A DNA stretch of 64,000 bases from a virus: positions 40,931 through 104,930 of IMG/VR virus record IMGVR_UViG_3300021197_000868; one strand, written 5' to 3'. Under the pieces are notes generated by a model. The model was not told the DNA's origin and searched no databases. It worked only from the letters and a program-made list of their open reading frames with translations. Position 1 is the first letter of the stretch. The number at the start of each line of letters is the position of its first letter. The translations under genes and the position numbers were made by a program. This document shows, one piece after another, positions 41,637 through 50,542 of the stretch.

Positions 41637-42596
41637 TCACTCCATAACATAGTCGCCCATCCATGCGGGGCACTTCTCCATAAAATCACACCAACCGCAT
41701 AGCACGCCTTTTTTAGCGGGGAAGTCTCTTGTTAAATGAGCATCCACAATAGCCGTAAGACGTTTCTCAATGGTCTTAGGTGCATAGCGACCACCGGGGC
41801 CGTTGACTGGTTCGTAATCCCATACAGGTCCATCTCCTCCATTGATACCACCACCGGGGAATTGCCATCCCCATCCTACCACTGGTAGGTATTCCATATG
41901 AGGGCTATGCTCTAGCATCATACGATAGAATTGCATTTCTGCTCGCATCTGTGATGGTTTGTATTTAGTCCACTTACCAGTCTTTAATTCCATTAGGATG
42001 ATGCCTTGTTTATCATCATCCAAGAACATACGGTCAATGAATCCCTTCATGTGTATAGGAACTTCTGTACCATCGGTAGCAGTAACTATACGAGTGGCGT
42101 GAATCTCAGCCTCATTACCTACTGGGAACCAGTCTTTAATCTCATCACGCTCGCAGTTACACAACCTTTCAAACTGCCATTTCACGTAGAGTCTAAGTTG
42201 CTCAGGCTCACCGTAAATGTAAGGTTCAGGAGGGCGTGGTAATGTATCAACACATAGACTGTGTGCTTTATCTTTCTGCCCTGCTTCTATCAAGTCATAG
42301 ACATCATTAACCACATCAGCCATAGCCTTCCACCAATACTCAACAGCGTCGTGAACATTAGACCCTCGGATATGATAGTCTTGCTCCTCACCACGTAAAC
42401 CAAGAATGCTTGAAAAGTAATACTGTTGAGGGCAGGTGTTGAACGTACCTGATGATGACTTGGTAACTCTTAGAATCTTATCCATCATATCAGGGTCCCA
42501 AGCATAGGTGCTCTTGTCATAAGATTTGAGTAGAACTTTGTGCTCGTAAGCATCACGCTCATTGTTACCACCTTCAGGGTTAGGATTGTACCTCAT
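41637..42596 (-). CDS. Cas4/RecB-like PD-(D/E)xK exonuclease with 4-Cys Fe-S site
   Basis: CPQQY, GSNVH, GFIDR, ELKTG, QFY and CGWC..MEKC motifs. Confidence 0.88.
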   Translation of the reverse strand: MRYNPNPEGGNNERDAYEHKVLLKSYDKSTYAWDPDMMDKILRVTKSSSGTFNTCPQQYYFSSILGLRGEEQDYHIRGSNVHDAVEYWWKAMADVVNDVYDLIEAGQKDKAHSLCVDTLPRPPEPYIYGEPEQLRLYVKWQFERLCNCERDEIKDWFPVGNEAEIHATRIVTATDGTEVPIHMKGFIDRMFLDDDKQGIILMELKTGKWTKYKPSQMRAEMQFYRMMLEHSPHMEYLPVVGWGWQFPGGGINGGDGPVWDYEPVNGPGGRYAPKTIEKRLTAIVDAHLTRDFPAKKGVLCGWCDFMEKCPAWMGDYVME

Positions 42597-42829
42597 TCTT
42601 CCTCATCTCCTAATTTCTCTAGTCTACTTCTGCGAGGGAATACCGCTTTAGGAGTAGGTGAATCTATACTGTAGAACACGTCCCATCCCCTAGTAACATT
42701 CCTAAGTAAGTCACCACTTACTACACCCGCTACTCCATGAACGTCTATCGCTTGATACCATATCATACTAGTTGGTATCTTTTCTATGTCTATGTGCTTG
42801 TGTGGGCCTATGTGTAATCTGTATTTCAT
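42593..42829 (-). CDS. Hypothetical protein
   Basis: Coupled start and stop within the operon. Confidence 0.6.
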   Translation of the reverse strand: MKYRLHIGPHKHIDIEKIPTSMIWYQAIDVHGVAGVVSGDLLRNVTRGWDVFYSIDSPTPKAVFPRRSRLEKLGDEEE

Positions 42830-42878
42830 TATTCATCACTCCATATATCGTAATACATAACTAAATCATCTCCATCTC

Positions 42879-43142
42879 TCATGCTTGACCACCGCCGTGT
42901 CTTGCGCAGTAATAGGGCTTAACATTATTAGCCTCAAGTCTGCAATCAGACCCATCCTTGTTTCCATGTCTACAAGGGACTCTTGAGAACTTTTTCTTTA
43001 CTGATGAGGGAGTGTGTTTTTTACATACGAGTAGGTTCCCTCTATCTGTATCTATACTTCTATATTCTCCGTGTTCTAGTTCACCGTAGAAGAAAATAGT
43101 TTCACTACAGTAAGCACAATCTAAAAAGAAATCTCTACTCAT
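42879..43142 (-). CDS. Cys/His-rich zinc-binding protein
   Basis: ATG 43142 with GGAGATGG RBS; CAYC, CKKH and C..C..YCARH. Confidence 0.6.
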   Translation of the reverse strand: MSRDFFLDCAYCSETIFFYGELEHGEYRSIDTDRGNLLVCKKHTPSSVKKKFSRVPCRHGNKDGSDCRLEANNVKPYYCARHGGGQA

Positions 43143-43321
43143 TCTACCATCTCCAGTAATTTCTCGGTGTATACCGCCGCATCCATCAACTCTTCTTGTA
43201 GATGTACAAGCCATTCACGCATGGATAGAATCTCTTCCTCCATAGTCACGCCATACTTTTTCTTTCCTACATCAGACCTAGCCTTAATTTTCTTGCATAC
43301 ATTATCTTCTATTTTACTCAT
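43139..43321 (-). CDS. Small all-alpha MazG/NTP-pyrophosphatase-like protein
   Basis: G.KKYG.T...WLVHLQEELMDAAVY; acidic EExxD motif. Confidence 0.55.
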   Translation of the reverse strand: MSKIEDNVCKKIKARSDVGKKKYGVTMEEEILSMREWLVHLQEELMDAAVYTEKLLEMVE

Positions 43322-43325
43322 GTTA

Positions 43326-45713
43326 TCACCAATATGTTTTAGGGACTATATCCCCCGCTGCCGCTTCTATAGACCACCCTACACTTTCGTATAAGCGCAT
43401 TAGTTTACGCTTCACGAAGGTATCTAGTATCTTATCCCAGTCGACTATGAAATTATCTAATTCTTCTATGTCTCTAAACGCTACATATTTTACAGGGAGA
43501 CTCTCACCATTTAGTTTGTAATAGTCAGGAGTGCCTTCTTTGACTCCCTTGACGTAAGTCCATGTCACGCTGTCTCCTTCTCTCCACTTCTCACCATCGC
43601 AGTGTTGATTGTAATACAAAGCAGCCCTTGCGCCATTGGTAGGCTTAGAATACTTATCAGGTGCTTTTGTTAATCTGTTAGAGGACACTACATGACTCAT
43701 AGGTATATCACCACTCTTAACAGAGAGCGATATGGTTCTCAGGGTTTCAGTAACCTCTTCCTCTTCTGCGCCATGTCCTATTAGTTTCATGGCTGTCTCT
43801 TGAATCTGTTTAGTAATAGGCGCTGAACTAGATGCTTTCATCTCATAACCTGAAACTTTCAATTGCCCCGCTTCACTAGGAGGCCAAGTCTTGTAACCAA
43901 AGTATCTATTCTTGACAGACGCAGTAGTCCAGTAATCGAAATATGTTTCTAACTCTACATCCATATGCGAAAGGTCTAGTTTAGTTCGGGCTGTCTCGGT
44001 AAGATGTTCAGCGAGAGCCTTAGCCTCATCGAATGGAACTTGAATGAATGCTGAATCTGTGTGACCGAATAGTGACTTGTAACCCATCTCTTCGCTTTCA
44101 GACAATAGATGCCTGATAGACTCACGAGCCCTGAAAGTGATAGCAGATGCTATGTCATTATCAATCCACATACCCTGTATCTCTTTCATACCAGTCATAC
44201 CGTAAAGAGCGTTCACAGCAACCTTCGCTGCCATTTGAAGCATGTTGTAACCAAGGCGCTCCTCCTCTGTCTTAGACTCACGCATGAGGCGTTTGTACTC
44301 CTTACGTAACTCTAGCATTTCTTCTACGATAGACGGTAGTAAACCCTTCTTTGTTTGGTCCCAGTGTGTACCGTTACCTAGGCTCTTAATACCCGGCCCC
44401 GGCCCATCACGCTTAGATTCGTAAGAGAGATTGTCGGAGAGAATGATGTTAGGATATAGCGAGGCGTAGTCTACTAGAGCCACGCCTCTATGACGACCCA
44501 TAATTGGGTCAGGAATGTAAGCAGCCTCTAAGTCTTCTCTCGAAGTTTTACGAGAACTAGGGGCCTTCTCTTCTGTGCGCCTACCTACTAGACCACGGAA
44601 GTAACGTGTAACCTTGTGAGTGCTCCCCCACGATACACCTGCTAATTGCTGCATAGCCACGAAGAAATCAATAGCATTTAGTCGCTCACTGATGCTGCTT
44701 AATAAGGTGGTGTCCCGTAGACAGTAATCCACGAAATCATCATAGTATTCTTCCCACCCATTGAAGACAGTCATACCTTCTACTTCATCAGTTAGTTTGG
44801 AACCTAGTTCCAGTAAACCGGCAATCGTGTTTAGTTTACGATTAGGTAGTTGTCCACGGCCTGACTTCTGCCATAGAGTTTCAAAGCCACTACCGCTTTC
44901 CCATCTAGCGGCTGAGTCCCAACATATCCTACCTCTAATCGGTTGTTGAGTTTCTTTGTAACCGTTCTCTTTGAAGGGTTTTATCGCTGTATTGATTGGT
45001 GATAGCCTGTTAGGGTCTTTGAGTCTCTTCATTAAGTGTGGTAAATCAGCCCACATGAGAGCGTGCGCTACTAGAATATCAGGGTCACATGCTTCCATGT
45101 GCTGAAGGAATCCTTCGTGCATAGCCGCTTCGCTACCATACTCATGTAGCATGTAGCCTCCCTCTCGCTCAATGAAGTTAACACTCATCGTCTTCACTTC
45201 AGGCTTCCAAGCGAATACCATAGGTACATCAGCATGTGAATCTACTACCGCCATAACAGTAGTGAATGGATTATTCTTATCGGTATTCCATTCAAGGTCA
45301 AAGTACCATACTCTAGGGTGAAACACTGGTAACTTATCGGGGTACTTATCTAATAGGATTTGGTCAAGGTAATGTAAGTCTGCTTCATAAGTAGGGAGGA
45401 TTGCTTTAACTTCCCATAACTCATTAGGTTTGTCTACCTCTAACTTGATTAGTGCTATTCCATCACGGCCTCTAGCCTTACACTTAGGATGGAGTGTGGC
45501 TGCCGGATGACGGTTACTCAACCTATCGAGTTTCCACTGAGGGAGATTAGAAGGAATCCAGCAGAAGGGGCGAACATAACCCTCATCGTCAGGGTGTATG
45601 GTAGTGACATCTAACTTACCATCCTTATCTCTAGTTCTAAGGTATAGTGAGGGCGCTCCAAAAGAGTCTGACCATTCAGGGTAATACCAGTCTACTATCA
45701 TACGCTCACGCAC
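43326..45713 (-). CDS. polB: Family B DNA polymerase
   Basis: Exonuclease FDLE and YCLRD; polymerase DYASLYP, KVAVNALYG, GHTDS and KNRY. Confidence 0.95.
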   Translation of the reverse strand: MRERMIVDWYYPEWSDSFGAPSLYLRTRDKDGKLDVTTIHPDDEGYVRPFCWIPSNLPQWKLDRLSNRHPAATLHPKCKARGRDGIALIKLEVDKPNELWEVKAILPTYEADLHYLDQILLDKYPDKLPVFHPRVWYFDLEWNTDKNNPFTTVMAVVDSHADVPMVFAWKPEVKTMSVNFIEREGGYMLHEYGSEAAMHEGFLQHMEACDPDILVAHALMWADLPHLMKRLKDPNRLSPINTAIKPFKENGYKETQQPIRGRICWDSAARWESGSGFETLWQKSGRGQLPNRKLNTIAGLLELGSKLTDEVEGMTVFNGWEEYYDDFVDYCLRDTTLLSSISERLNAIDFFVAMQQLAGVSWGSTHKVTRYFRGLVGRRTEEKAPSSRKTSREDLEAAYIPDPIMGRHRGVALVDYASLYPNIILSDNLSYESKRDGPGPGIKSLGNGTHWDQTKKGLLPSIVEEMLELRKEYKRLMRESKTEEERLGYNMLQMAAKVAVNALYGMTGMKEIQGMWIDNDIASAITFRARESIRHLLSESEEMGYKSLFGHTDSAFIQVPFDEAKALAEHLTETARTKLDLSHMDVELETYFDYWTTASVKNRYFGYKTWPPSEAGQLKVSGYEMKASSSAPITKQIQETAMKLIGHGAEEEEVTETLRTISLSVKSGDIPMSHVVSSNRLTKAPDKYSKPTNGARAALYYNQHCDGEKWREGDSVTWTYVKGVKEGTPDYYKLNGESLPVKYVAFRDIEELDNFIVDWDKILDTFVKRKLMRLYESVGWSIEAAAGDIVPKTYW

Positions 45714-46464
45714 GCTGGTCTACTACTACAAGCAGGTCTTCACCTTGCTCGACTACAAAGACTGTGTTACTACCCATGTGAACTTCAGCAGGGCCTTCCT
45801 TCAACAAACCTATACTCTCCATCAACCAAGCACCGTAAGTAGATTCTATAGGTGCATTAGGCCCAACAGGGTCAGTTAGGGTCACCGTATTGAATAGCCT
45901 AGCCTCATGTTTCTTACCTGCTGTAATACAAAGTTCAGACTCACCAGCATTCACTATCACTCTAAAGACAGGGCTGGCATTTAGAATACCCCTCATCTTT
46001 GAAACTGTTAGTAAGTCGGTGACGTTTACAGTACCACCTGCTTCTAAATCAAATGTATGCCACTTAGTCCACTGAGAATCTATTGATGTTTCTATTATCT
46101 TCTCAATCAAAGGAACTTTACTGTAACTAACTACTGCTGTGCTAGTAGGGAATTGAACCTTAGTAGTACCTGCATTGATGTAAAGGGTCTTACCAGTACC
46201 TAACTGCTTGATGGTGACATTGTCACCCTTAGCAGACTTGAGGAACTTGCATATCTTTTCTAATTCAGTGAAGTCTATAGTACCCGACTTCTTGACTTCA
46301 CCTTCTACCTGCTCTACTTTGTGAAAGTAGTGAGACATGAAAGCAACAGTAGAGGACATCTTACCATCGAGAGCAAAGGTAACCTTCAGGTCACCTACAT
46401 TCTTACCGAATGAAGATAGGAAAGATAACGCTTGCTTGCGTTTCATTACAACTTCGGACATCAA
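45706..46464 (-). CDS. Putative PCNA-like sliding clamp
   Basis: ~250 aa two-domain alpha/beta pattern adjacent to polB, with RFC nearby; sequence is divergent. Confidence 0.55.
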   Translation of the reverse strand: MMSEVVMKRKQALSFLSSFGKNVGDLKVTFALDGKMSSTVAFMSHYFHKVEQVEGEVKKSGTIDFTELEKICKFLKSAKGDNVTIKQLGTGKTLYINAGTTKVQFPTSTAVVSYSKVPLIEKIIETSIDSQWTKWHTFDLEAGGTVNVTDLLTVSKMRGILNASPVFRVIVNAGESELCITAGKKHEARLFNTVTLTDPVGPNAPIESTYGAWLMESIGLLKEGPAEVHMGSNTVFVVEQGEDLLVVVDQRA

Positions 46465-46694
46465 ATCATACCCCTGTATTTTCTAGGCTTAGAGCCCATA
46501 CCTATCTTCTCTGTAACTTCATGTATGTCCTCATCAAAGTCGATTGGTAACTTACTTTGTGAAGGCGTAGTGATGTCACCAAACTCACCAAGAGTAGACT
46601 GACGTAGCACATGCTTACCACAATGAGGGCATAATCTGTTCGACTGAACAGGAGGCTTATGCTCCATAACTTTCTTCCAAAACTTCCATTTCAT
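46461..46694 (-). CDS. Small hypothetical protein (CPHC motif)
   Basis: AGGTGA RBS before ATG 46694; ATGA overlap with the clamp gene. Confidence 0.55.
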   Translation of the reverse strand: MKWKFWKKVMEHKPPVQSNRLCPHCGKHVLRQSTLGEFGDITTPSQSKLPIDFDEDIHEVTEKIGMGSKPRKYRGMI

Positions 46695-46706
46695 AATAAT
46701 CACCTA

Positions 46707-46839
46707 ACACAAGGAGGGAGAACGGTTAGAGGCAACAAAAAACCCCTTTACACGGAAAACTACAGTAGTTGGACGGGGGTCTATCTACTGAGGAAACACA
46801 CCAAGCATAACCGTTTTTATTTGTGCAAACTCCCATGTG
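46707..46839. ncRNA. Candidate structured non-coding element (nested stems)
   Basis: GGGAG/CTCCC and AACGGTTA/TAACCGTT outer pairings plus an inner 12-bp hairpin at 46763-46790, in the largest gap of the replication block. Confidence 0.4.
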
Positions 46840-46845
46840 AATAAA

Positions 46846-47847
46846 TCAGAGTGTGCCATCATATAGTTCGGGTAATCCAAACCATTGTGGCTCCTGTCCT
46901 GCCTCCGTAATTAGAGTAGTTCTTTTCTGACCTTGTAGTCTAGCATTGGTCTTACTCTTTTCAAATGTAACTTGGTACTCACTTCTTATCACTTCACCAG
47001 TGTCGTCATCTAAAGTGTCCTTACGGTCACAGATTAGTATCTGATAGACAAAGTTGTTACTAGCCTTTTCCCAGTCAGGTCGCCACGTAGGGTTAGAGTC
47101 CTCAGACTTACCCCACGAATAGTTAGTCAACCTCAGGTGAGTCTCCCAAAAGACACGTACACCTGATTTGACTAGTCCTCTACATAGACCAGTCAACTGA
47201 TGGAAACGAGTCTTACGAATAGCCCAGTCCCATTGATGACCTACCTTCTTGTTCCAGTCAGCAGCCTCGATGCCATCCTTAGCGATGTTCAAGTCCACGA
47301 TACGCATACAGTTTACACATACGCTGTCCCATAAGTCTACGCCTGTCACTAAGAATCCCCATAGTCTAGTACCCTCATACTCAGGGTCACGTTGTTTATG
47401 AGCGATGTCATTAGCGAACTGTGTAATCGACATTACTCTGTCATGAGTAGCCGGGTAGTCGTATGCTGTACGGTCACCTTTGGACATAACCCAAGGTTCC
47501 CAACATTTGATACCATCTTCTTCACGGTGGAATGCTGACTTGTTAGCAGCGCCTCCACCTTCAAAATCCATAATCCATAGTTCCATCTCTAAGTCCTTCT
47601 CAGTACGTTCAGGCATAGCCTTCCACTTCCTGTAAGCGTCAGTAACAATAGCAGTCTTGCTAGTGTTATCGTGACCAGCGATACCCATGAATAGGTGAGT
47701 CTGTGGTGCATTGTCCATCATCTGTAGTTCCTTCTGTAGCATAGCGAAAGGGTCACTAGAAGTGCTCTTGTTAGCAGGAGTTTCTGCAACAACAACCTCT
47801 TCTTCTTCTTTCTCCTCAGCCTCTTTTGTCTTACCAAATCCTGCCAT
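46846..47847 (-). CDS. RecA-superfamily ATPase (Sak4/AAA_24/RadA-like)
   Basis: Variant Walker A GHDNTSKT, IMDFEGG and strand-ending LVTGVD; next to the SSB-like gene. Confidence 0.6.
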   Translation of the reverse strand: MAGFGKTKEAEEKEEEEVVVAETPANKSTSSDPFAMLQKELQMMDNAPQTHLFMGIAGHDNTSKTAIVTDAYRKWKAMPERTEKDLEMELWIMDFEGGGAANKSAFHREEDGIKCWEPWVMSKGDRTAYDYPATHDRVMSITQFANDIAHKQRDPEYEGTRLWGFLVTGVDLWDSVCVNCMRIVDLNIAKDGIEAADWNKKVGHQWDWAIRKTRFHQLTGLCRGLVKSGVRVFWETHLRLTNYSWGKSEDSNPTWRPDWEKASNNFVYQILICDRKDTLDDDTGEVIRSEYQVTFEKSKTNARLQGQKRTTLITEAGQEPQWFGLPELYDGTL

Positions 47848-47858
47848 TCATAACCACC

Positions 47859-49193
47859 TCATTCAAACTGGCCTCTACCAGTTTCTCCGCCTGTTGCTCT
47901 TCTGCGAATACGCCTTGAATCAGCATACACACCCATGATTTTCAAGTTAGGAATGTCTCTACCATCTTTACGCTTGACTGCAATACGACCACACACAAGT
48001 ACGGTAGAACGCTCAGCATACGGGACTTCTTCGTCTCCTTGGTAAGCAACAAAGGGACTAGTTAAGTCATTACATGCGCTTCCAATCCACCCCATCACTT
48101 CACGCCCGTCACTGTTACCATGAAGGCTTTGAAGTTCAGTAGATGTTAGGCTCAAAGAGTAGGTACGGCCATTCTCATCGTAATCACTATCACGTGCTTC
48201 AGATGACAACCTGTTGATTGTACCCTTGGTAAATACTACCGGCCCCGATTTACCCTGTTCACCATTGATAGTGAAAGAGCGACTACCTGATTCAAAAGCC
48301 TCAGTTAAGTCTTCAAGTGGGGTATAGTAACCATGAAGTTCTGTGTCTACCCACATTCTCATTGGGTTTAGAAGAGGGCGAACCTCCTCAGATACGAAGT
48401 CCTCAGTGTATTCGATACTATCTTTTATACCGAGTGATGTACCAAGTACATCTTTGAATCCTTCAGGAGCCTTATCATTAGGCGGTCTTGCTTCTAGTCT
48501 GCAAGATTTACCAATGCGTACTTCCATGTTAGCACTCTCACCTTGACAGTCTAATCTCCATAGTTGAATAGCATTGTCATTAGTGAACTCTTCTTCGGGA
48601 GCACCCAAGAAGAAATAGTTACGACCCATCATACTCATGGCCTTTGGTCTACCGGCCTTAGTGAGTAATACAATACGCTCACCGTCTGATATGAAAGAGT
48701 GGTCAGGGACTTCATCTGTAGAGAACTCACTGCGCTTCTCACCGTTAGAAGTGTTTAGCATCCACACGCCTTCACCTTTGGTATAGTGACCTACAAAACC
48801 ACTTCCAACTGCTGCGCCGGAATCAAGAGTAAAGTCACGCTTTGCTCTCTTCACTAGGTTAGTACGACGGTCACGTGAGTTAGGCTCTACTCCTACGAAC
48901 ATACCTACGAATGGAATGCCACCGTAGTTACCGCTACCTGAACTTTCGTTACGGGTTTCGATGAGCATTTGCTCGGCCCAGTCTGTAAGTAAGTCTTCAT
49001 CCTCATTGGCAGGGTTCTCACATAGATACTCCTTCCCTATGTAGGCTAAGAATTGCTTCTCTACTTCTACTAAATCTTTCTTAGTTCTCTCAGCGTACTT
49101 GGTTAGTCTTTCAACCACACCTGCTGGTAGTCCTATTGTGCTTGCTTCTACTGTATCTTCCATACTTTCATATTCTTCACTCATTGTGTTCAA
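47859..49193 (-). CDS. Putative RPA/SSB-like ssDNA-binding protein
   Basis: Helical N-terminus then OB-like beta segments (VVFTKGTINR, STVLVCGRI); position between RFC and recombinase. Confidence 0.5.
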   Translation of the reverse strand: MNTMSEEYESMEDTVEASTIGLPAGVVERLTKYAERTKKDLVEVEKQFLAYIGKEYLCENPANEDEDLLTDWAEQMLIETRNESSGSGNYGGIPFVGMFVGVEPNSRDRRTNLVKRAKRDFTLDSGAAVGSGFVGHYTKGEGVWMLNTSNGEKRSEFSTDEVPDHSFISDGERIVLLTKAGRPKAMSMMGRNYFFLGAPEEEFTNDNAIQLWRLDCQGESANMEVRIGKSCRLEARPPNDKAPEGFKDVLGTSLGIKDSIEYTEDFVSEEVRPLLNPMRMWVDTELHGYYTPLEDLTEAFESGSRSFTINGEQGKSGPVVFTKGTINRLSSEARDSDYDENGRTYSLSLTSTELQSLHGNSDGREVMGWIGSACNDLTSPFVAYQGDEEVPYAERSTVLVCGRIAVKRKDGRDIPNLKIMGVYADSRRIRRRATGGETGRGQFE

Positions 49194-50088
49194 CCTCCTT
49201 CTTCAGTCGAGCCACTAGGCAGTCGACGAAGGAATAGGAACCGATAGGCCACTCGTACATGTGTGGAACCATCTCACCTAACACGGCCATTACCGTGAAG
49301 GTTGTATCTGAATCCATCTCAATAAAAGATGTTAAGTTGTTGTGGAATGAACGCATGACCTGAGTAATAGTATGTCCTCGGTCTAGCATTCTATAGAGGG
49401 ATGAACGCATGTCAAGCCATTGACTTCCCATAGCAGCCAGTGCTGCTGCTGATGCGTTGTTCTCTTCTGTCTTCAATTCGGTTATAGCCTCAGAAGATTC
49501 TGCTTGCATCCATTTACTGACTGCTGAGCGCATGTCGCCGCCTGTATGGTAAATGAGATACATGGCTGCATCTTCACCTAAGTCTCTGAGTTGCAGTAAT
49601 CTCTCAGCGCCTTCTTCAGGTGTGATGGGTTTGAACTCATAGCATTCGCATCTGCTCTTGATAGCAGGGCGAATCTTGCTCACGTCATTAGCAGTGAGAA
49701 TGAACAGACAATTGTCTGCATTGAGTTCAATGATTTGTCTTGCTGCATCTTGAGCAGCAGGGGTAAGACCATCTGCCTCGTCTAACACAATGACTCTTCT
49801 AGGAGCGCCTACTGCTTTGACACTGCTCCACTGTTTCAAGTCATTCCTTACGAAGTCAATACCCCTGTCATCACTAGCATTTGTGATGACGTAGTTGATA
49901 GGGTCATAGAAGTCTCCTAAGACGGAGCGTGCTATGACTCTAGCAGCACTGGTCTTACCTGTACCCGGTGGACCGTACAAGAGAATAGCGTTAGGCCACT
50001 CTTCTTTATCTTCCCAAGAACGAGCATCACTAATGAAGTGAATCTGACCTGCTAGGTCATCTAATGTCATTGGTTCAAACTCCATCAT
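49177..50088 (-). CDS. rfcS: Replication factor C small subunit (clamp loader)
   Basis: GPPGTGKT, NASDDRGID, LDEAD, SRC and GDMR motifs. Confidence 0.95.
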   Translation of the reverse strand: MMEFEPMTLDDLAGQIHFISDARSWEDKEEWPNAILLYGPPGTGKTSAARVIARSVLGDFYDPINYVITNASDDRGIDFVRNDLKQWSSVKAVGAPRRVIVLDEADGLTPAAQDAARQIIELNADNCLFILTANDVSKIRPAIKSRCECYEFKPITPEEGAERLLQLRDLGEDAAMYLIYHTGGDMRSAVSKWMQAESSEAITELKTEENNASAAALAAMGSQWLDMRSSLYRMLDRGHTITQVMRSFHNNLTSFIEMDSDTTFTVMAVLGEMVPHMYEWPIGSYSFVDCLVARLKKEVEHNE

Positions 50089-50542
50089 CGTCGCCTCCTC
50101 TATCTTCTAATCCTGCTTTAAGTAGTGATGCGCTGTATGCCTCGATTTCAGCATCAAATGCTGAAGCCCATTCAGTGAAAGTTTCAAAGTCTTTTGGAGG
50201 AGGATTATCATATACCCAACAGAACATGTGTAGTCCTTCTTGGTCTGCAAAGAGGGGGCGCAGTGACATCTTTGAATTGTCTGACATCAGAATGTAAGCC
50301 ATCCATCTTTGTACTTCATTCTTGGAAGTGTATCGCTCTTTCACTTCAAGACCTGCTACTGATAGAGCGTCTTCTACAGTGGTGTGTGCTTGTAGTGAAG
50401 GCATCTGAGTCCACCTAACACTAGGCTTGACCCTGAAACCTGCTGGTCTGTCGCTGGCTTTTGTTACACTGACATTGAATGTGACTCCACCTAGAATGTA
50501 ACCTATACCTAGCCATGTCTCTCGCTCATCATTCTGTATCAT
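50075..50542 (-). CDS. Degenerate LAGLIDADG-like protein
   Basis: GYILGGVTFNVSVTK...GFRVKPSVRWTQ follows the LAGLIDADG beta-saddle pattern but lacks the catalytic acidic residue. Confidence 0.5.
   Translation of the reverse strand: MIQNDERETWLGIGYILGGVTFNVSVTKASDRPAGFRVKPSVRWTQMPSLQAHTTVEDALSVAGLEVKERYTSKNEVQRWMAYILMSDNSKMSLRPLFADQEGLHMFCWVYDNPPPKDFETFTEWASAFDAEIEAYSASLLKAGLEDRGGDDDGV
50103..50128 (-). promoter_or_regulatory. Conserved viral promoter motif embedded in the upstream CDS, ahead of RFC
   Basis: 25/26 identical to 54200-54225; TTAAA core ~30 nt before the RFC start. Confidence 0.7.

Noticed and set aside
41637-42596. Cas4-like gene as evidence of a CRISPR-Cas system
   Set aside because: No cas1/cas2 genes or array are present; stand-alone Cas4-like nucleases are common in archaeal virus replication modules.
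43326-45713. Intein or intron in polB, helicase or RFC
   Set aside because: Protein lengths are compact and no intein splice-junction motifs or inserted endonuclease domains are seen.
46755-46830. Hammerhead ribozyme (CTGAGGA at ~46788) or tRNA in the structured gap
   Set aside because: No correctly placed GAAA/stem II or NUH site; no cloverleaf or T-loop consensus.
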